DNA of 64,000 nt. Source: Thermoanaerobaculia bacterium (GTDB lineage Bacteria > Acidobacteriota > Thermoanaerobaculia > Multivoradales > Multivoraceae). The translations under genes and the position numbers were made by a program. Positions within the stretch are counted from its first letter, which is position 1. Each line of letters begins with the position of its first letter. Under the pieces are notes generated by a model. It had not been told where the DNA came from. It made no database searches and saw only the letters and a list, made by a program, of their open reading frames with translations. Location: NCBI GenBank assembly GCA_963666565.1, contig OY762911.1, positions 3,904,001 to 3,968,000 on the forward strand, written 5' to 3'. This document shows, piece by piece, positions 55,211-64,000 of the stretch.

Positions 55211-55253
55211 GGCCGCCTTCGGCGGCAGCGGGTCAGAGGACCCGCGCACCCGG
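55211..55253 (+). repeat. REP-like palindromic repeat (variant A)
   Basis: Identical over 43 bp to 3438-3480. Confidence 0.9.
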
Positions 55254-55271
55254 CAGGCGGGCCGCTCAGGC

Positions 55272-55652
55272 TCAACGCAACCGGTCGATCCGCCGCCGGT
55301 CGCGCTTGGTCGGCCGGCCGGCGCCGCGGCGTCGCTGCGCCGGCATCGACGCCATTCGAGGGTCGCGAGGCTTCGGCTCGGGCTTCGGCGGGCTCAGGTC
55401 GTCGTACAGCCGCGACGCCTCGGCCTTCGGCAACGGCCGGTCCCGCAGTTCCCGTACGACGAGGATCCGCTTCCAGTCGCGCATCCCGAACTCGATCCGG
55501 TCGCCGACCCGAAGCTGGCGGTGCGCCTTGGCCTGCTGGCCGTTGACCGTGACCCGCCCGGCGGCGCAGGCCGCAGCCGCCTTGGATCGTGCGCGGAACA
55601 TCCGCGATACCTGGAGCCACTTGTCGAGGCGGTTCAACGGCCGTCCTCCCAC
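55272..55652 (-). CDS. hslR: S4-domain RNA-binding heat shock protein Hsp15
   Basis: RLDKWL...R.F..RS.A...C..GRV.VNG..AK, GRPTKRDRR. Confidence 0.9.
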   Translation of the reverse strand: MGGRPLNRLDKWLQVSRMFRARSKAAAACAAGRVTVNGQQAKAHRQLRVGDRIEFGMRDWKRILVVRELRDRPLPKAEASRLYDDLSPPKPEPKPRDPRMASMPAQRRRGAGRPTKRDRRRIDRLR

Positions 55653-55694
55653 GGCACCGCGCCGACCCGATGGCCCTCCCGGTACGCGAAAACG

Positions 55695-56048
55695 TCAGTC
55701 ATTCGAGTCGTCGCCCCAGGTCCACGGCTCGGCCCGTTCGCGCTTCCGCGGACGAGCGCGCCGCCTTTCCCGAGCGCGACGCTCCACGCGTTCGATCGGA
55801 CGGATCTCCTGCGACGGCACCGCGTTCGGCAGGCGGTCCGCCAATCCGAGTTCAACCGCGAGGCGGAGCAGGCTGTCCAGACTGCTCGGGCGGCCAGCCT
55901 CGATGTTGCGCAGCGTGCGGACACCGATACCCGCATCCTCAGCCAGCATCTGCTGCGTGACGTTCCTGGCCAAACGCAGCCTCGCCAGCTGCCGTCCCAG
56001 TTCCCCCCGCAGAGCGCGGGCAGTCGGCCTCGTCCGGAATCTCTCCAT
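55695..56048 (-). CDS. XRE-family HTH regulator (HipB-like)
   Basis: LG..LARLRL..NVTQ..LAEDAGIG..TL..IEAG; tail RRRAR...WTWGDD. Confidence 0.8.
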   Translation of the reverse strand: MERFRTRPTARALRGELGRQLARLRLARNVTQQMLAEDAGIGVRTLRNIEAGRPSSLDSLLRLAVELGLADRLPNAVPSQEIRPIERVERRARERRRARPRKRERAEPWTWGDDSND

Positions 56049-56114
56049 CGCGCTCCATGTTGCTGCCGAATCCCCAGACACTTCAAGAGGCAGTATTGTG
56101 CCTCCTAAAGTCAA

Positions 56115-59081
56115 TCAGGCCGTCTTGTCGGCACGATAGTGCCTCCTACGGACTCCGTGCTCACCGTCCTCCTTCACGGCCGAGCTGCTCGCGTAGTCCG
56201 GCAGCAGCGCGGACACGCAACGGTCGAGTTCGGCCCAACCGCTCTCGGCGCCGTTCTCCTCCATCTTCCGCGCGGACTCCGCGACAGCCCGATGGACTTC
56301 GGAGTCCGGGTCGTACTTCGGCACGGGAACGTGCCGCCACGGCGATTTGTCGAAGTCGAGCTTCGAGGTCTTCCCCTCGCGCCACGCATCCTGCATGCAT
56401 TGCGCGTTCAGCACGCCGCAGAGGTAGAGGGCCTCCTCGTCCGCATCGAAGGCCGCCCAATACGTCTTCTGATTCCCCGTCTGCTCGATGGCAACGCGGG
56501 CCGCCCGCAACGTCTTGCCGGAGGCGTTGTACAACACCTTCCGGCGCTCGGAACCCGACCTGGCGAGTTGATTCGTCAGCGTCCGCTTGAAGTCCAGGTT
56601 CTCCGCCAGAGTGGCGCCCGCCTTCGCGGTCCGCCGCTCCCGGTAGATCGCCTCCGCGCGCTCCCAGAGCTCGGACGTGCGAGGGAAACGCGATCTGGCG
56701 TCCTCATCCACGGTCAGGTCGAGGACCGTTGCGCCGTCGCGCGGGGCGATGAGGAACGTGCAGACCGGCGCTGTCCCGAACGCCCGAAGCTCCTGCGAGC
56801 GCACTACGGGAAGAAGCGCCTGGGACTCGACGACTCCCTTGAGTTCGATTCCCTTCCACGGCCTCTTCGTGCCGAGCTTCGTTCGGACTTCCACGAGATC
56901 TCCGGCTTCGTGGCGGACCTCGACGGCGAGCAACAGGGGCTGCGGCTTGGACAAGGCGCCGATCCGGAACTCCCGCTCGTAGAGCGAGGGCCTGGAACGC
57001 CGCTTCGACAGCTCGACGATCTCGGCGGTCTCCAGCGGTCCTCGCCACTTGAGCACCTTCTCGACGCCATCGGTTCGCGGCGACACGCGTTCGCCGAGAA
57101 CGACGCAGGTTCCGTTCGGAGCGTGCGGAAAGACGGGCGGCGCCACGTCGTCCAGATTCCACGCCTCCGTATGGCGAACGGCGACGCCGGACCATCGCCC
57201 GCTCCGCCACGGTGCCCAGACGTCGTTGATCAGCGCGCTTCCGGGGAGAACCCACCCGTACCGGTTCAGCCCGTCCCGGTCCGACAAGTAGAGCCTCGTG
57301 GCCCGCGCGGTGAAGACCGACGCCAGATCGCCGCGGGCGCTCGTCTTCCTCTTCGGCTGAACGCCCTCGTCGATGCGCATCTCCTCGATCGCGTCCTTGC
57401 GCGGACCTTCGGGCGTGTAGGGCGACACCAGCCAAGGGGGATTGCCGATCAACCGGCCAACGCCCTGCTGTCCGAGTTGAAACAGGTCCGCGTTGTTCAG
57501 AAGATGCCAGCCCCAGACGTGGTCGCCTTCCGACTCGATCACGGCCGCCAGCGACGTTCGGAGTTCCGCGACGTCGGCGGCCGTCCGATCGTCGAGTTCG
57601 AGATCGGCCCGGTCCTCATCTTCCTTCTCCGCGGCCGAGGCACCGGTCACGCTGCCCCGGATCAACTCCAGCCGCTTGGGGTGCAGGGCGACCGATTTCG
57701 GAATCCAGAGGTTCCCGCCGCCGGGCGTCCGCAGCCGAACCCCGCGACCCCGGTCGATCTGCATCTCATGGGTGCGCATGGCGTCGCCCAGGACGACCCG
57801 CAAGTGGGGCAGGCCGCCGGAAGCGGATTGCGGCAACGCCATCGACAGGGTCGCCTTCGCCATCTCGGTCGCCACCGGGTGCAAATCGACGCCATGCAGC
57901 AGCAAGGCCACGATCTCGGCGGTGCTTCCGAGCAGCGGCTTGTGGGCAAGGCGGATTCGCCTGCCCAGGCGGCGGGCGGCGTGAAAGAGAAACGTGCCCG
58001 ACCCGCAGGAAGGGTCCAGGACGCCGAGATGCCGCGACGCCGGGGCATCTTCCGGGTTTCTCAGCAAGCGGTCCGCCTGCCGGATCGCGCAATCGCACCA
58101 CGCGTCGTCGAGAACCTCTTCGACGACTAGCTTCGCCAAATCGTCCGGCGTGTAGAACTCGCCGAAGACCTTCCTGTCCTCGGCGTCGATCAGCCCATGG
58201 TAGGCGTCCTTGAGCACGTCCTTCGTCGAGCCGCGCCAGTCGTACCCGCGGACTTGTTCGACCATCTCCGAGAGCAGTTCCCGTCCAGCGGGCGTCTCGG
58301 CAAGCCATCCCTGAAAACCGCCCGACGCCCGGTCCACGAGCGAGTCGGTGGAAGCGGCGGGATCGTCCAGGCAGCCGATCAGGATGCGCGCCGTTGCCAC
58401 CAGGAGGCTGTGCCGGGCGAAGGTGCGAGCCTGCGCGAGGGGAGTTTCTCCCGGCGGAGCGATTCCGGAACCCTCGAGCAGGCTTGCCCACAGCCCGAGC
58501 CGAGTCCTGTAGACCGCCTCGCCTTCGATGCGGCCCTGGAGATCGGCAACGCGCCCGAGGACCGGATCGAAGAGAGCATCCGCCAGGTTCTCCGGCGGGA
58601 GCTCCGGGTAACGCCTGCGCTCCACTCCGACCATGCGGGCCAGGAGACCGTCGAACCCCTGGGGGGTATCGGGCATGGGGCGACTTTGGATCTCGGGAAT
58701 CGGGCGCAACGCCCGCTGGCTGACGGACCATTCCCAGCCCCACCAGCGCCTCCCGTCCGTCAGGAAGCCGCGCCATTCCGGATCGCCGGACCGGGCGCGG
58801 TCCGGCGCCAGCGCGCGGAGGTAGCGCTCGACCTGGTCCTGCTGAGATTCCCCGGGCTTCGCCCCCGGCCTGCTCGGATGCGCCCGTCCGGGCGCCTTGG
58901 TCTCGACAAGGATGCGGGACGCTCGGGAGACCATGTCGACGGAACCGTCGCTCGACGACACTTCGAGGCTCCACGTACCGCCGCTCGCGGCGATGAACGC
59001 TGCCTGGAGCGCGCTCCGAACGTCGTCCTCGGTCCGGGCGCCGCGAAGCCGGCCGAGCGCCTCTTCCACGGCCACTCTCAT
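56115..59081 (-). CDS. type IIG-like restriction-modification enzyme (N6-adenine methyltransferase with N-terminal nuclease-like domain)
   Basis: D..D...LVETK and LTDGRRW N-terminal domain; RK.FGEFYTP, VLDPSCGSGTFL (motif I), IGNPPW (motif IV). Confidence 0.85.
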   Translation of the reverse strand: MRVAVEEALGRLRGARTEDDVRSALQAAFIAASGGTWSLEVSSSDGSVDMVSRASRILVETKAPGRAHPSRPGAKPGESQQDQVERYLRALAPDRARSGDPEWRGFLTDGRRWWGWEWSVSQRALRPIPEIQSRPMPDTPQGFDGLLARMVGVERRRYPELPPENLADALFDPVLGRVADLQGRIEGEAVYRTRLGLWASLLEGSGIAPPGETPLAQARTFARHSLLVATARILIGCLDDPAASTDSLVDRASGGFQGWLAETPAGRELLSEMVEQVRGYDWRGSTKDVLKDAYHGLIDAEDRKVFGEFYTPDDLAKLVVEEVLDDAWCDCAIRQADRLLRNPEDAPASRHLGVLDPSCGSGTFLFHAARRLGRRIRLAHKPLLGSTAEIVALLLHGVDLHPVATEMAKATLSMALPQSASGGLPHLRVVLGDAMRTHEMQIDRGRGVRLRTPGGGNLWIPKSVALHPKRLELIRGSVTGASAAEKEDEDRADLELDDRTAADVAELRTSLAAVIESEGDHVWGWHLLNNADLFQLGQQGVGRLIGNPPWLVSPYTPEGPRKDAIEEMRIDEGVQPKRKTSARGDLASVFTARATRLYLSDRDGLNRYGWVLPGSALINDVWAPWRSGRWSGVAVRHTEAWNLDDVAPPVFPHAPNGTCVVLGERVSPRTDGVEKVLKWRGPLETAEIVELSKRRSRPSLYEREFRIGALSKPQPLLLAVEVRHEAGDLVEVRTKLGTKRPWKGIELKGVVESQALLPVVRSQELRAFGTAPVCTFLIAPRDGATVLDLTVDEDARSRFPRTSELWERAEAIYRERRTAKAGATLAENLDFKRTLTNQLARSGSERRKVLYNASGKTLRAARVAIEQTGNQKTYWAAFDADEEALYLCGVLNAQCMQDAWREGKTSKLDFDKSPWRHVPVPKYDPDSEVHRAVAESARKMEENGAESGWAELDRCVSALLPDYASSSAVKEDGEHGVRRRHYRADKTA

Positions 59082-60922
59082 TTGCGCTTCGGCCCGCGCC
59101 GCGGCAGGTAGAGGTCGGTGATCGTCCCCTCGTACGCTTCGGCGGCGAAGGCGACCGTCTCGGAGAGGGTCGGGTGCGGGTGGACGGTCAGCGCCAGGTC
59201 GGCGGCGTCCGCGTTCATCTCGATCGCGAGCGCCGCCTCGGCGATCAGGTCGCCGGCGTTCGTGCCGACGATGCCGGCGCCGACGATCCGGCCGGTGGCC
59301 GGGTCGAACAGGAGCTTGGTCAGGCCCTCGGCGCGGCCCAGGGTGAGGGCGCGACCGGAGGCGGCCCAGGGGAAGACGGCCTTCTCACAGGCAGTGCCGT
59401 TCTCGCGGGCCTCGGTCTCGGTCAGGCCGACCCAGGCCACCTCCGGGTCGGTGTAGGCGACGGACGGGATCACCCGCGCCTCGAAGCCGCTCTTCTCTCC
59501 CGCCGCCACCTCGGCCGCGACCTTGCCTTCGTGGGTCGCCTTGTGGGCGAGCATGGGGCCCGGCACGAGGTCGCCGATCGCGAAGATGTGGGGGACGTTC
59601 GTGCGCTGCTGGTCGTCCACCGGAACGAAGCCGCGTCCATCGACCCGGACGCCCGCCGCCTCGGCGCCGAAGCGGTCGCCGTTGGGACGGCGGCCGACGG
59701 CGACCAGGACGCGCCCGAACAGGCCGGAGCGGGCTTCGCCGTCGTCGTCCTCCATCGACGCCATGAGTCCGTTCTTCTGCGCCCTCACTCCGGTCAACCG
59801 GGTCCCGGTGTGGATGTCCTCCAGCCGCTTGCCCAGGCGGCGCTGGAGCGGACGAACCAGATCGCGGTCGACGCCGGTCAGAAGCTGCGGCAGCAGTTCG
59901 ACGACCGTCACGCGGTAACCGAGAGCGGCGTACACCGTCGCCATCTCCAGGCCGATGATGCCGCCGCCGACCACCAGCAGCCTGCCGCCCGGCTGGAAGT
60001 CCGGGTCGAGGGCCAGCGCATCGGTCGAGTCCCAGACGCGCGGGTCGCCTTCCGGCAGGCCGGGGATCGTCGCCGGCCGCGAACCGACCGCGACGATCGC
60101 CTGGCCGAAGCTCAGGGTGCGCCGGCCGCCGTCGCCGTCCTCGATCTCGACTTCATGGGGACCGACGAACCGGCCGCGGCCGCGCACCACCTCGACCTTC
60201 CGCCGCCCGGCGAGCTGCGCCAGGCCGCCGGTCAGCCGGCCCACGACCTCGTCCTTCCAGCCGCCGAGCCTGGCCCGGTCGATGGCGGGCTCGCCGAAGT
60301 CGATGCCATGGGCCGCGAAGTCCGCCGCCTCGTCGATCACCCTGGCCGCGTGCAGCAGCGCCTTCGACGGAATGCAGCCGACGTTCAGACACACGCCGCC
60401 CAGGTTCGCGTGCGGCTCCACGAGCACGACCTGGCGGCCCAGGTCCGCCGCGCGGAAGGCGGCCGTGTAGCCGCCTGGGCCCGCGCCCAGCACCAGGACC
60501 TCGGCGTCGACGTTCTGCTGCGGGCCGGCAGCCGAAGGCCCAGCCGCCGGCGCCGCAGCCGCCGGCCCGCCGGCCGTCTCCATCTCCGCCGACCGCGCGG
60601 GCGCGGTCCCGCCCTCGGGCGCCTCCGGCGGCGCGTGCGGATGTCGCGGCCGCTCGGCCCGGTGGTCCGGGTGCGATTCGTCGTCGGCATCGAGCACCAC
60701 GATGAGGTCCCCCTCCGACACCTTGTCGCCCAGCGCCACCGCGACTTCCAGCACCACGCCGCAATGCGGCGACGGCACCTCCATCGACGCCTTGTCGCTC
60801 TCCAGCGTGATCAGCCCGGCCTCGGCGTCGACGTGCTCGCCGGGCGAAACGAGGACCTCGACGACGTCGACGGAGTCGAAGTCGCCGATGTCGGGGACGA
60901 CGATGCGGACCGGCTCGGTCAA
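59078..60922 (-). CDS. lpdA: dihydrolipoyl dehydrogenase with N-terminal lipoyl domain
   Basis: ESDKASM lipoyl motif, GAGPGG, GGVCLNVGCIPSK, GGGIIGLE, HPHPT; TTG start overlaps aceF stop. Confidence 0.96.
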   Translation of the reverse strand: MTEPVRIVVPDIGDFDSVDVVEVLVSPGEHVDAEAGLITLESDKASMEVPSPHCGVVLEVAVALGDKVSEGDLIVVLDADDESHPDHRAERPRHPHAPPEAPEGGTAPARSAEMETAGGPAAAAPAAGPSAAGPQQNVDAEVLVLGAGPGGYTAAFRAADLGRQVVLVEPHANLGGVCLNVGCIPSKALLHAARVIDEAADFAAHGIDFGEPAIDRARLGGWKDEVVGRLTGGLAQLAGRRKVEVVRGRGRFVGPHEVEIEDGDGGRRTLSFGQAIVAVGSRPATIPGLPEGDPRVWDSTDALALDPDFQPGGRLLVVGGGIIGLEMATVYAALGYRVTVVELLPQLLTGVDRDLVRPLQRRLGKRLEDIHTGTRLTGVRAQKNGLMASMEDDDGEARSGLFGRVLVAVGRRPNGDRFGAEAAGVRVDGRGFVPVDDQQRTNVPHIFAIGDLVPGPMLAHKATHEGKVAAEVAAGEKSGFEARVIPSVAYTDPEVAWVGLTETEARENGTACEKAVFPWAASGRALTLGRAEGLTKLLFDPATGRIVGAGIVGTNAGDLIAEAALAIEMNADAADLALTVHPHPTLSETVAFAAEAYEGTITDLYLPRRGPKRK

Positions 60923-62304
60923 AGCACGACCCGGCGGAAGTCGGCCAGCGCCGAGCACAGGTGGGACGTGAAGCGCACCGCGTAGGCGCCGTCGATCACC
61001 CGGTGGTCGTACGACAGCGAGACCGGGAGCATCAGCCGCGGCGCGAAGCCCGCCCCGACGTACACCGGCCGCCGCACGGCGCGCGAGACGCCGAGGATGC
61101 CGACCTCCGGCGCGTTGACGATCGGCGTGAACGCGGTGCCGCCGATGCCGCCCAGGCTGGAGATGGTGAAGGTGGCGCCCTGGATGTCGGCTGGCCGGAG
61201 CTTCCGTTCCCGCGCCCGGCCGCTGACCTCGCCCAGTTCGCCCGCCAGTTCGTAGACGCTCTTGCGGTCGACGTCGCGCACCACCGGCACGACCAGGCCG
61301 TCCGGCGTGTCGACCGCGACGCCCAGGTGGAAGTAGCGCTTGAGGATCAGCGACTCGCCGTCCGGTGCGAGCGACGAGTTCATCTCCGGGAACTCGGCAA
61401 GCGACGCCGCGACCGCCTTCATCAGGAAGGCGAGGAGCGTGAGCCGCACGCCGCGCTCGCGCGCCTCCGCCAGGTGCGCGCGGCGGAACGCCTCCAGATC
61501 CGTGATGTCCGCCTCGTCGTGCTGCGTGACGTGCGGGACGTTGAGCCAGCTCCGGTGCAGGTTGGCCGCCGAGAGCTTCCGGATGCGGCTGAGCGGCTTC
61601 GATTCGACCGGACCGAACTTCGAGAAGTCGATCTCCGGGACCGGCGGGATGCCGGCGCCCGCGGCGGCGGGTCCACCGCCCGTTAGTGCCTCCTTGACGA
61701 AGCCCTCGACGTCCTCGCGCAGGATCCGGCCCTTGGCGCCGCTGCCCGAGACCCGGCGGAGATCGACGCCCAGCAACCGGGCGAAGCGCCGAATCGCCGG
61801 GCTGGCGTGCGGCGGGCTCGCCGACCCGGCAGGGCCGGCGGCGGCGGGCGGCGGCGGGCGGCGGCCGCGACGCGACGCGCCTCGCGGCGCCGCGGAAGAC
61901 GCTGGCTCGCGGCTGGCGGCGGCAGACGCCGGCAGGTATCCCGACGGCGGAGGCGTCTCCGGCGCGGCCGCAGCGCCGGACCCCGCCCGCGCGGCCGGTG
62001 CGGACGGGGCGTCGTCCGCCCCGGCCCCCTCCGGCGCCTCCGCCGCTTCCTCCGGCACCGCCTCCGCCGCCTCGATCGTCAGGATCAGATCGCCCTCGCC
62101 GACCTGGCCGCCGAGTTCCACCGCGATCTCGACCACGCGGCCGGCCGCCGGCGACGGCACCTCCATCGACGCCTTGTCGCTCTCCAAGGTGATGAGGGAC
62201 TGGTCGACCGAGACCTCGTCGCCTACGGCGACCAGCACCTCGACGACGTCGACCTGGTCGAAGTCGCCGATGTCGGGTACGACGACGGGAAGGGCGTCGC
62301 TCAC
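60919..62304 (-). CDS. aceF: pyruvate dehydrogenase E2 dihydrolipoyl acetyltransferase
   Basis: One lipoyl domain (ESDKASM), ASPAIRR.AR PSBD, DHRVIDG. Confidence 0.96.
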   Translation of the reverse strand: MSDALPVVVPDIGDFDQVDVVEVLVAVGDEVSVDQSLITLESDKASMEVPSPAAGRVVEIAVELGGQVGEGDLILTIEAAEAVPEEAAEAPEGAGADDAPSAPAARAGSGAAAAPETPPPSGYLPASAAASREPASSAAPRGASRRGRRPPPPAAAGPAGSASPPHASPAIRRFARLLGVDLRRVSGSGAKGRILREDVEGFVKEALTGGGPAAAGAGIPPVPEIDFSKFGPVESKPLSRIRKLSAANLHRSWLNVPHVTQHDEADITDLEAFRRAHLAEARERGVRLTLLAFLMKAVAASLAEFPEMNSSLAPDGESLILKRYFHLGVAVDTPDGLVVPVVRDVDRKSVYELAGELGEVSGRARERKLRPADIQGATFTISSLGGIGGTAFTPIVNAPEVGILGVSRAVRRPVYVGAGFAPRLMLPVSLSYDHRVIDGAYAVRFTSHLCSALADFRRVVL

Positions 62305-63998
62305 GCCGTCGCCGGGTTCGGTGCGTTCGGGTCGATGCCGTAGGCGGCGATCGCCTTCGCCGGCGCTTCCGCTTCGATCTCGCCGCTCTCGGCCAGCGAC
62401 GCGAGCGCCGCCACCGCGATGTGCCGCCGGTCGACCTCGAAGAAGGACCGCAACTCCTCGCGGGTGTCGCTGCGGCCGAAGCCGTCCGTGCCGAGCGTCC
62501 GGTACGGGCCCGGCACGAAGGCCCGGATCTGGTCCGTGTAGACCTTCATGTAGTCGCTCGCGGCGACCGTCACGCCGCCGCGGCCCGCCAGGCACTGGCG
62601 CACGTACGAGACCCGCTTCTCCTCGCCCGGGTGGAGGCGGTTCCAGCGCTCCACCTCGATGCCGTCCCGCCGCAGCTCGTTGAAGCTGGTCGCCGACCAC
62701 ACCTCGGCCGACACCTTCCAGTCCGCCTCCAGCATCTCGGCGGCGGCCTCCGCCTCGCGCAGGATCGCGCCCGAGCCGAGCAGCGTGGCGCGCTTCCGGT
62801 GCCGCGAACCGGGACGGATCCGGTACAGCCCGCGCCGGATGCCGTCCTCGGCGCCCTCGGGCATTCTCGGGTGCTCGTAGTTCTCGTTCAGCGTCGTCAG
62901 GTAGCAGAACACCGGCTCGCCGTCCGCGTACATCCGGCGCAAACCGTCCTGGAGGATCACCGCGAGCTCGTAGGCATAGGTCGGGTCGTAGGAGACGCAG
63001 TTCGGCACGGTCGACGCGGCCAGATGGCTGTGGCCGTCCTGGTGCTGCAGGCCCTCGCCGTTCAGCGTCGTCCGCCCGGACGTGCCGCCGATGAGAAACC
63101 CCCGCGCCTGCATGTCGGCGGCGGCCCAGATCAGGTCGCCGACCCGCTGGAACCCGAACATCGAGTAGAAGATGAAGAACGGGATCATGTGGAAGCCGTG
63201 GTTCGCGGCCGACGTGCCCGCCGCCATCCAGGAACAGAGCGCGCCCGCCTCGTTGATCCCCTCCTGGAGGATCTGGCCGTCGCGCGCCTCCCGGTACGGC
63301 GCGATCTTGTGGGCGTCCACCGGCTCGTAGAGCTGGCCGGTCGGCGCGTAGATGCCGAGCTGCCGGAACATCCCCTCCATGCCGAAGGTGCGCGCCTCGT
63401 CGGCGACGATGGGAACCAGGCGGTCGCGGACCGCCGGGTTGCGGGTAAGCAGCGTCAGCAGGCGCACGAACGCCAGCGTGGTCGAGAACCGGCGGCCGCG
63501 GCTCGAGCGCAGCAGCGCGTCGAAGGCGTCGAGACCGGGCACTTCGAGCGGCTCGGCCTCGAGCGCACGCGCCGGCAGGTAGCCGCCCAGGGCCTCGCGG
63601 CGTTCCTTCAGATAGCGGATCTCCGCGCTGTCGTCCGGCGGGCGGTAGAACGGCGTCTCCTCCAGTTCCTCGTCGGACACCGGGATGTCCAGCCGGTCGC
63701 GAAACCCCATCAGCGCCCGTTGCCCCATCTTCTTCTGCTGGTGGGTGATGTTCATCCCCTCGCCGGCCTCGCCCATGCCGTAGCCCTTGACCGTCTTGGC
63801 CAGGATGACCGTCGGCTGCCCGGTGTGCGCAACGGCCGCCGAGTAGGCGGCGTAGATCTTGTGCGGGTCGTGGCCGCCGCGGTTCAGGCGCCAGAGGTCC
63901 TCGTCGGTCAGGTGGGCGACCATCGCCTTGAGTTCCGGGTACTTGCCGAAGAAGTGCTCGCGCACGAAGCCGCCGTCCTGGCTCGCCTTGTACGCCTG
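62301..63998 (-). CDS. aceE: pyruvate dehydrogenase E1, homodimeric type (5' end outside window)
   Basis: DGGFVREHFFGKYPE, RGGHDP, DEARTFGMEG, YSMFGFQR.GD, GRTTLNGEGLQH, LGTDGFGRSD. Confidence 0.97.
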   Translation of the reverse strand, partial: QAYKASQDGGFVREHFFGKYPELKAMVAHLTDEDLWRLNRGGHDPHKIYAAYSAAVAHTGQPTVILAKTVKGYGMGEAGEGMNITHQQKKMGQRALMGFRDRLDIPVSDEELEETPFYRPPDDSAEIRYLKERREALGGYLPARALEAEPLEVPGLDAFDALLRSSRGRRFSTTLAFVRLLTLLTRNPAVRDRLVPIVADEARTFGMEGMFRQLGIYAPTGQLYEPVDAHKIAPYREARDGQILQEGINEAGALCSWMAAGTSAANHGFHMIPFFIFYSMFGFQRVGDLIWAAADMQARGFLIGGTSGRTTLNGEGLQHQDGHSHLAASTVPNCVSYDPTYAYELAVILQDGLRRMYADGEPVFCYLTTLNENYEHPRMPEGAEDGIRRGLYRIRPGSRHRKRATLLGSGAILREAEAAAEMLEADWKVSAEVWSATSFNELRRDGIEVERWNRLHPGEEKRVSYVRQCLAGRGGVTVAASDYMKVYTDQIRAFVPGPYRTLGTDGFGRSDTREELRSFFEVDRRHIAVAALASLAESGEIEAEAPAKAIAAYGIDPNAPNPATA

Positions 63999-64000
63999 GT

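Noticed and set aside
3438-55253. Recurrent 24-45 bp repeats as a CRISPR array
   Set aside because: Copies are dispersed, in both orientations, without regular unique spacers, and no cas genes are present
56085-56114. AT-richer stretch with TTGACT on the minus strand as a sigma70 promoter for the HTH gene
   Set aside because: No convincing -10 hexamer at 16-18 bp spacing, so not called
60780-62285. Near-duplicate DNA at the 5' ends of lpdA and aceF
   Set aside because: Homologous lipoyl domains; a lipoyl-bearing E3 is a known arrangement

Overview
GC-rich bacterial chromosome segment. The gene content (expanded secreted proteins, PQQ enzyme, TonB receptor, sulfotransferases, PhyH dioxygenase) is compatible with an Acidobacteriota-like, possibly host-associated lineage; that assignment is inference only. 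About 55 real CDS are supported; most long ORFs in the track are GC-rich shadow frames. Housekeeping and metabolic blocks: NAD salvage (pncA, nadE, pncB), pyruvate dehydrogenase (aceE-aceF-lpdA), a GNAT/OSBS-NSAR pair, SDRs and an enoyl-CoA hydratase. Three defence/TA islets: MmeI-like R-M with a Panacea-like/DUF2335 pair, a VapBC45-like pair with Mrr, and a type IIG R-M gene coupled to lpdA. Most unusual observations: (1) a cluster at 7043-14405 joining an EMC3/TMCO1/DUF106-like (Oxa1-superfamily-like) membrane protein, a small RHH-like protein, two membrane-anchored alkaline-phosphatase-superfamily enzymes, a GT2 and a sulfotransferase; (2) a REP-like palindrome family that has entered three protein-coding genes in frame; (3) a GriC/GriD-like reductase pair flanking a Rieske + PQQ dehydrogenase module; (4) archaeal-type topoisomerase VI and Elp3. 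No rRNA, tRNA, CRISPR array or transposase was recognised. All family assignments come from motif recognition by eye, not from database searches.
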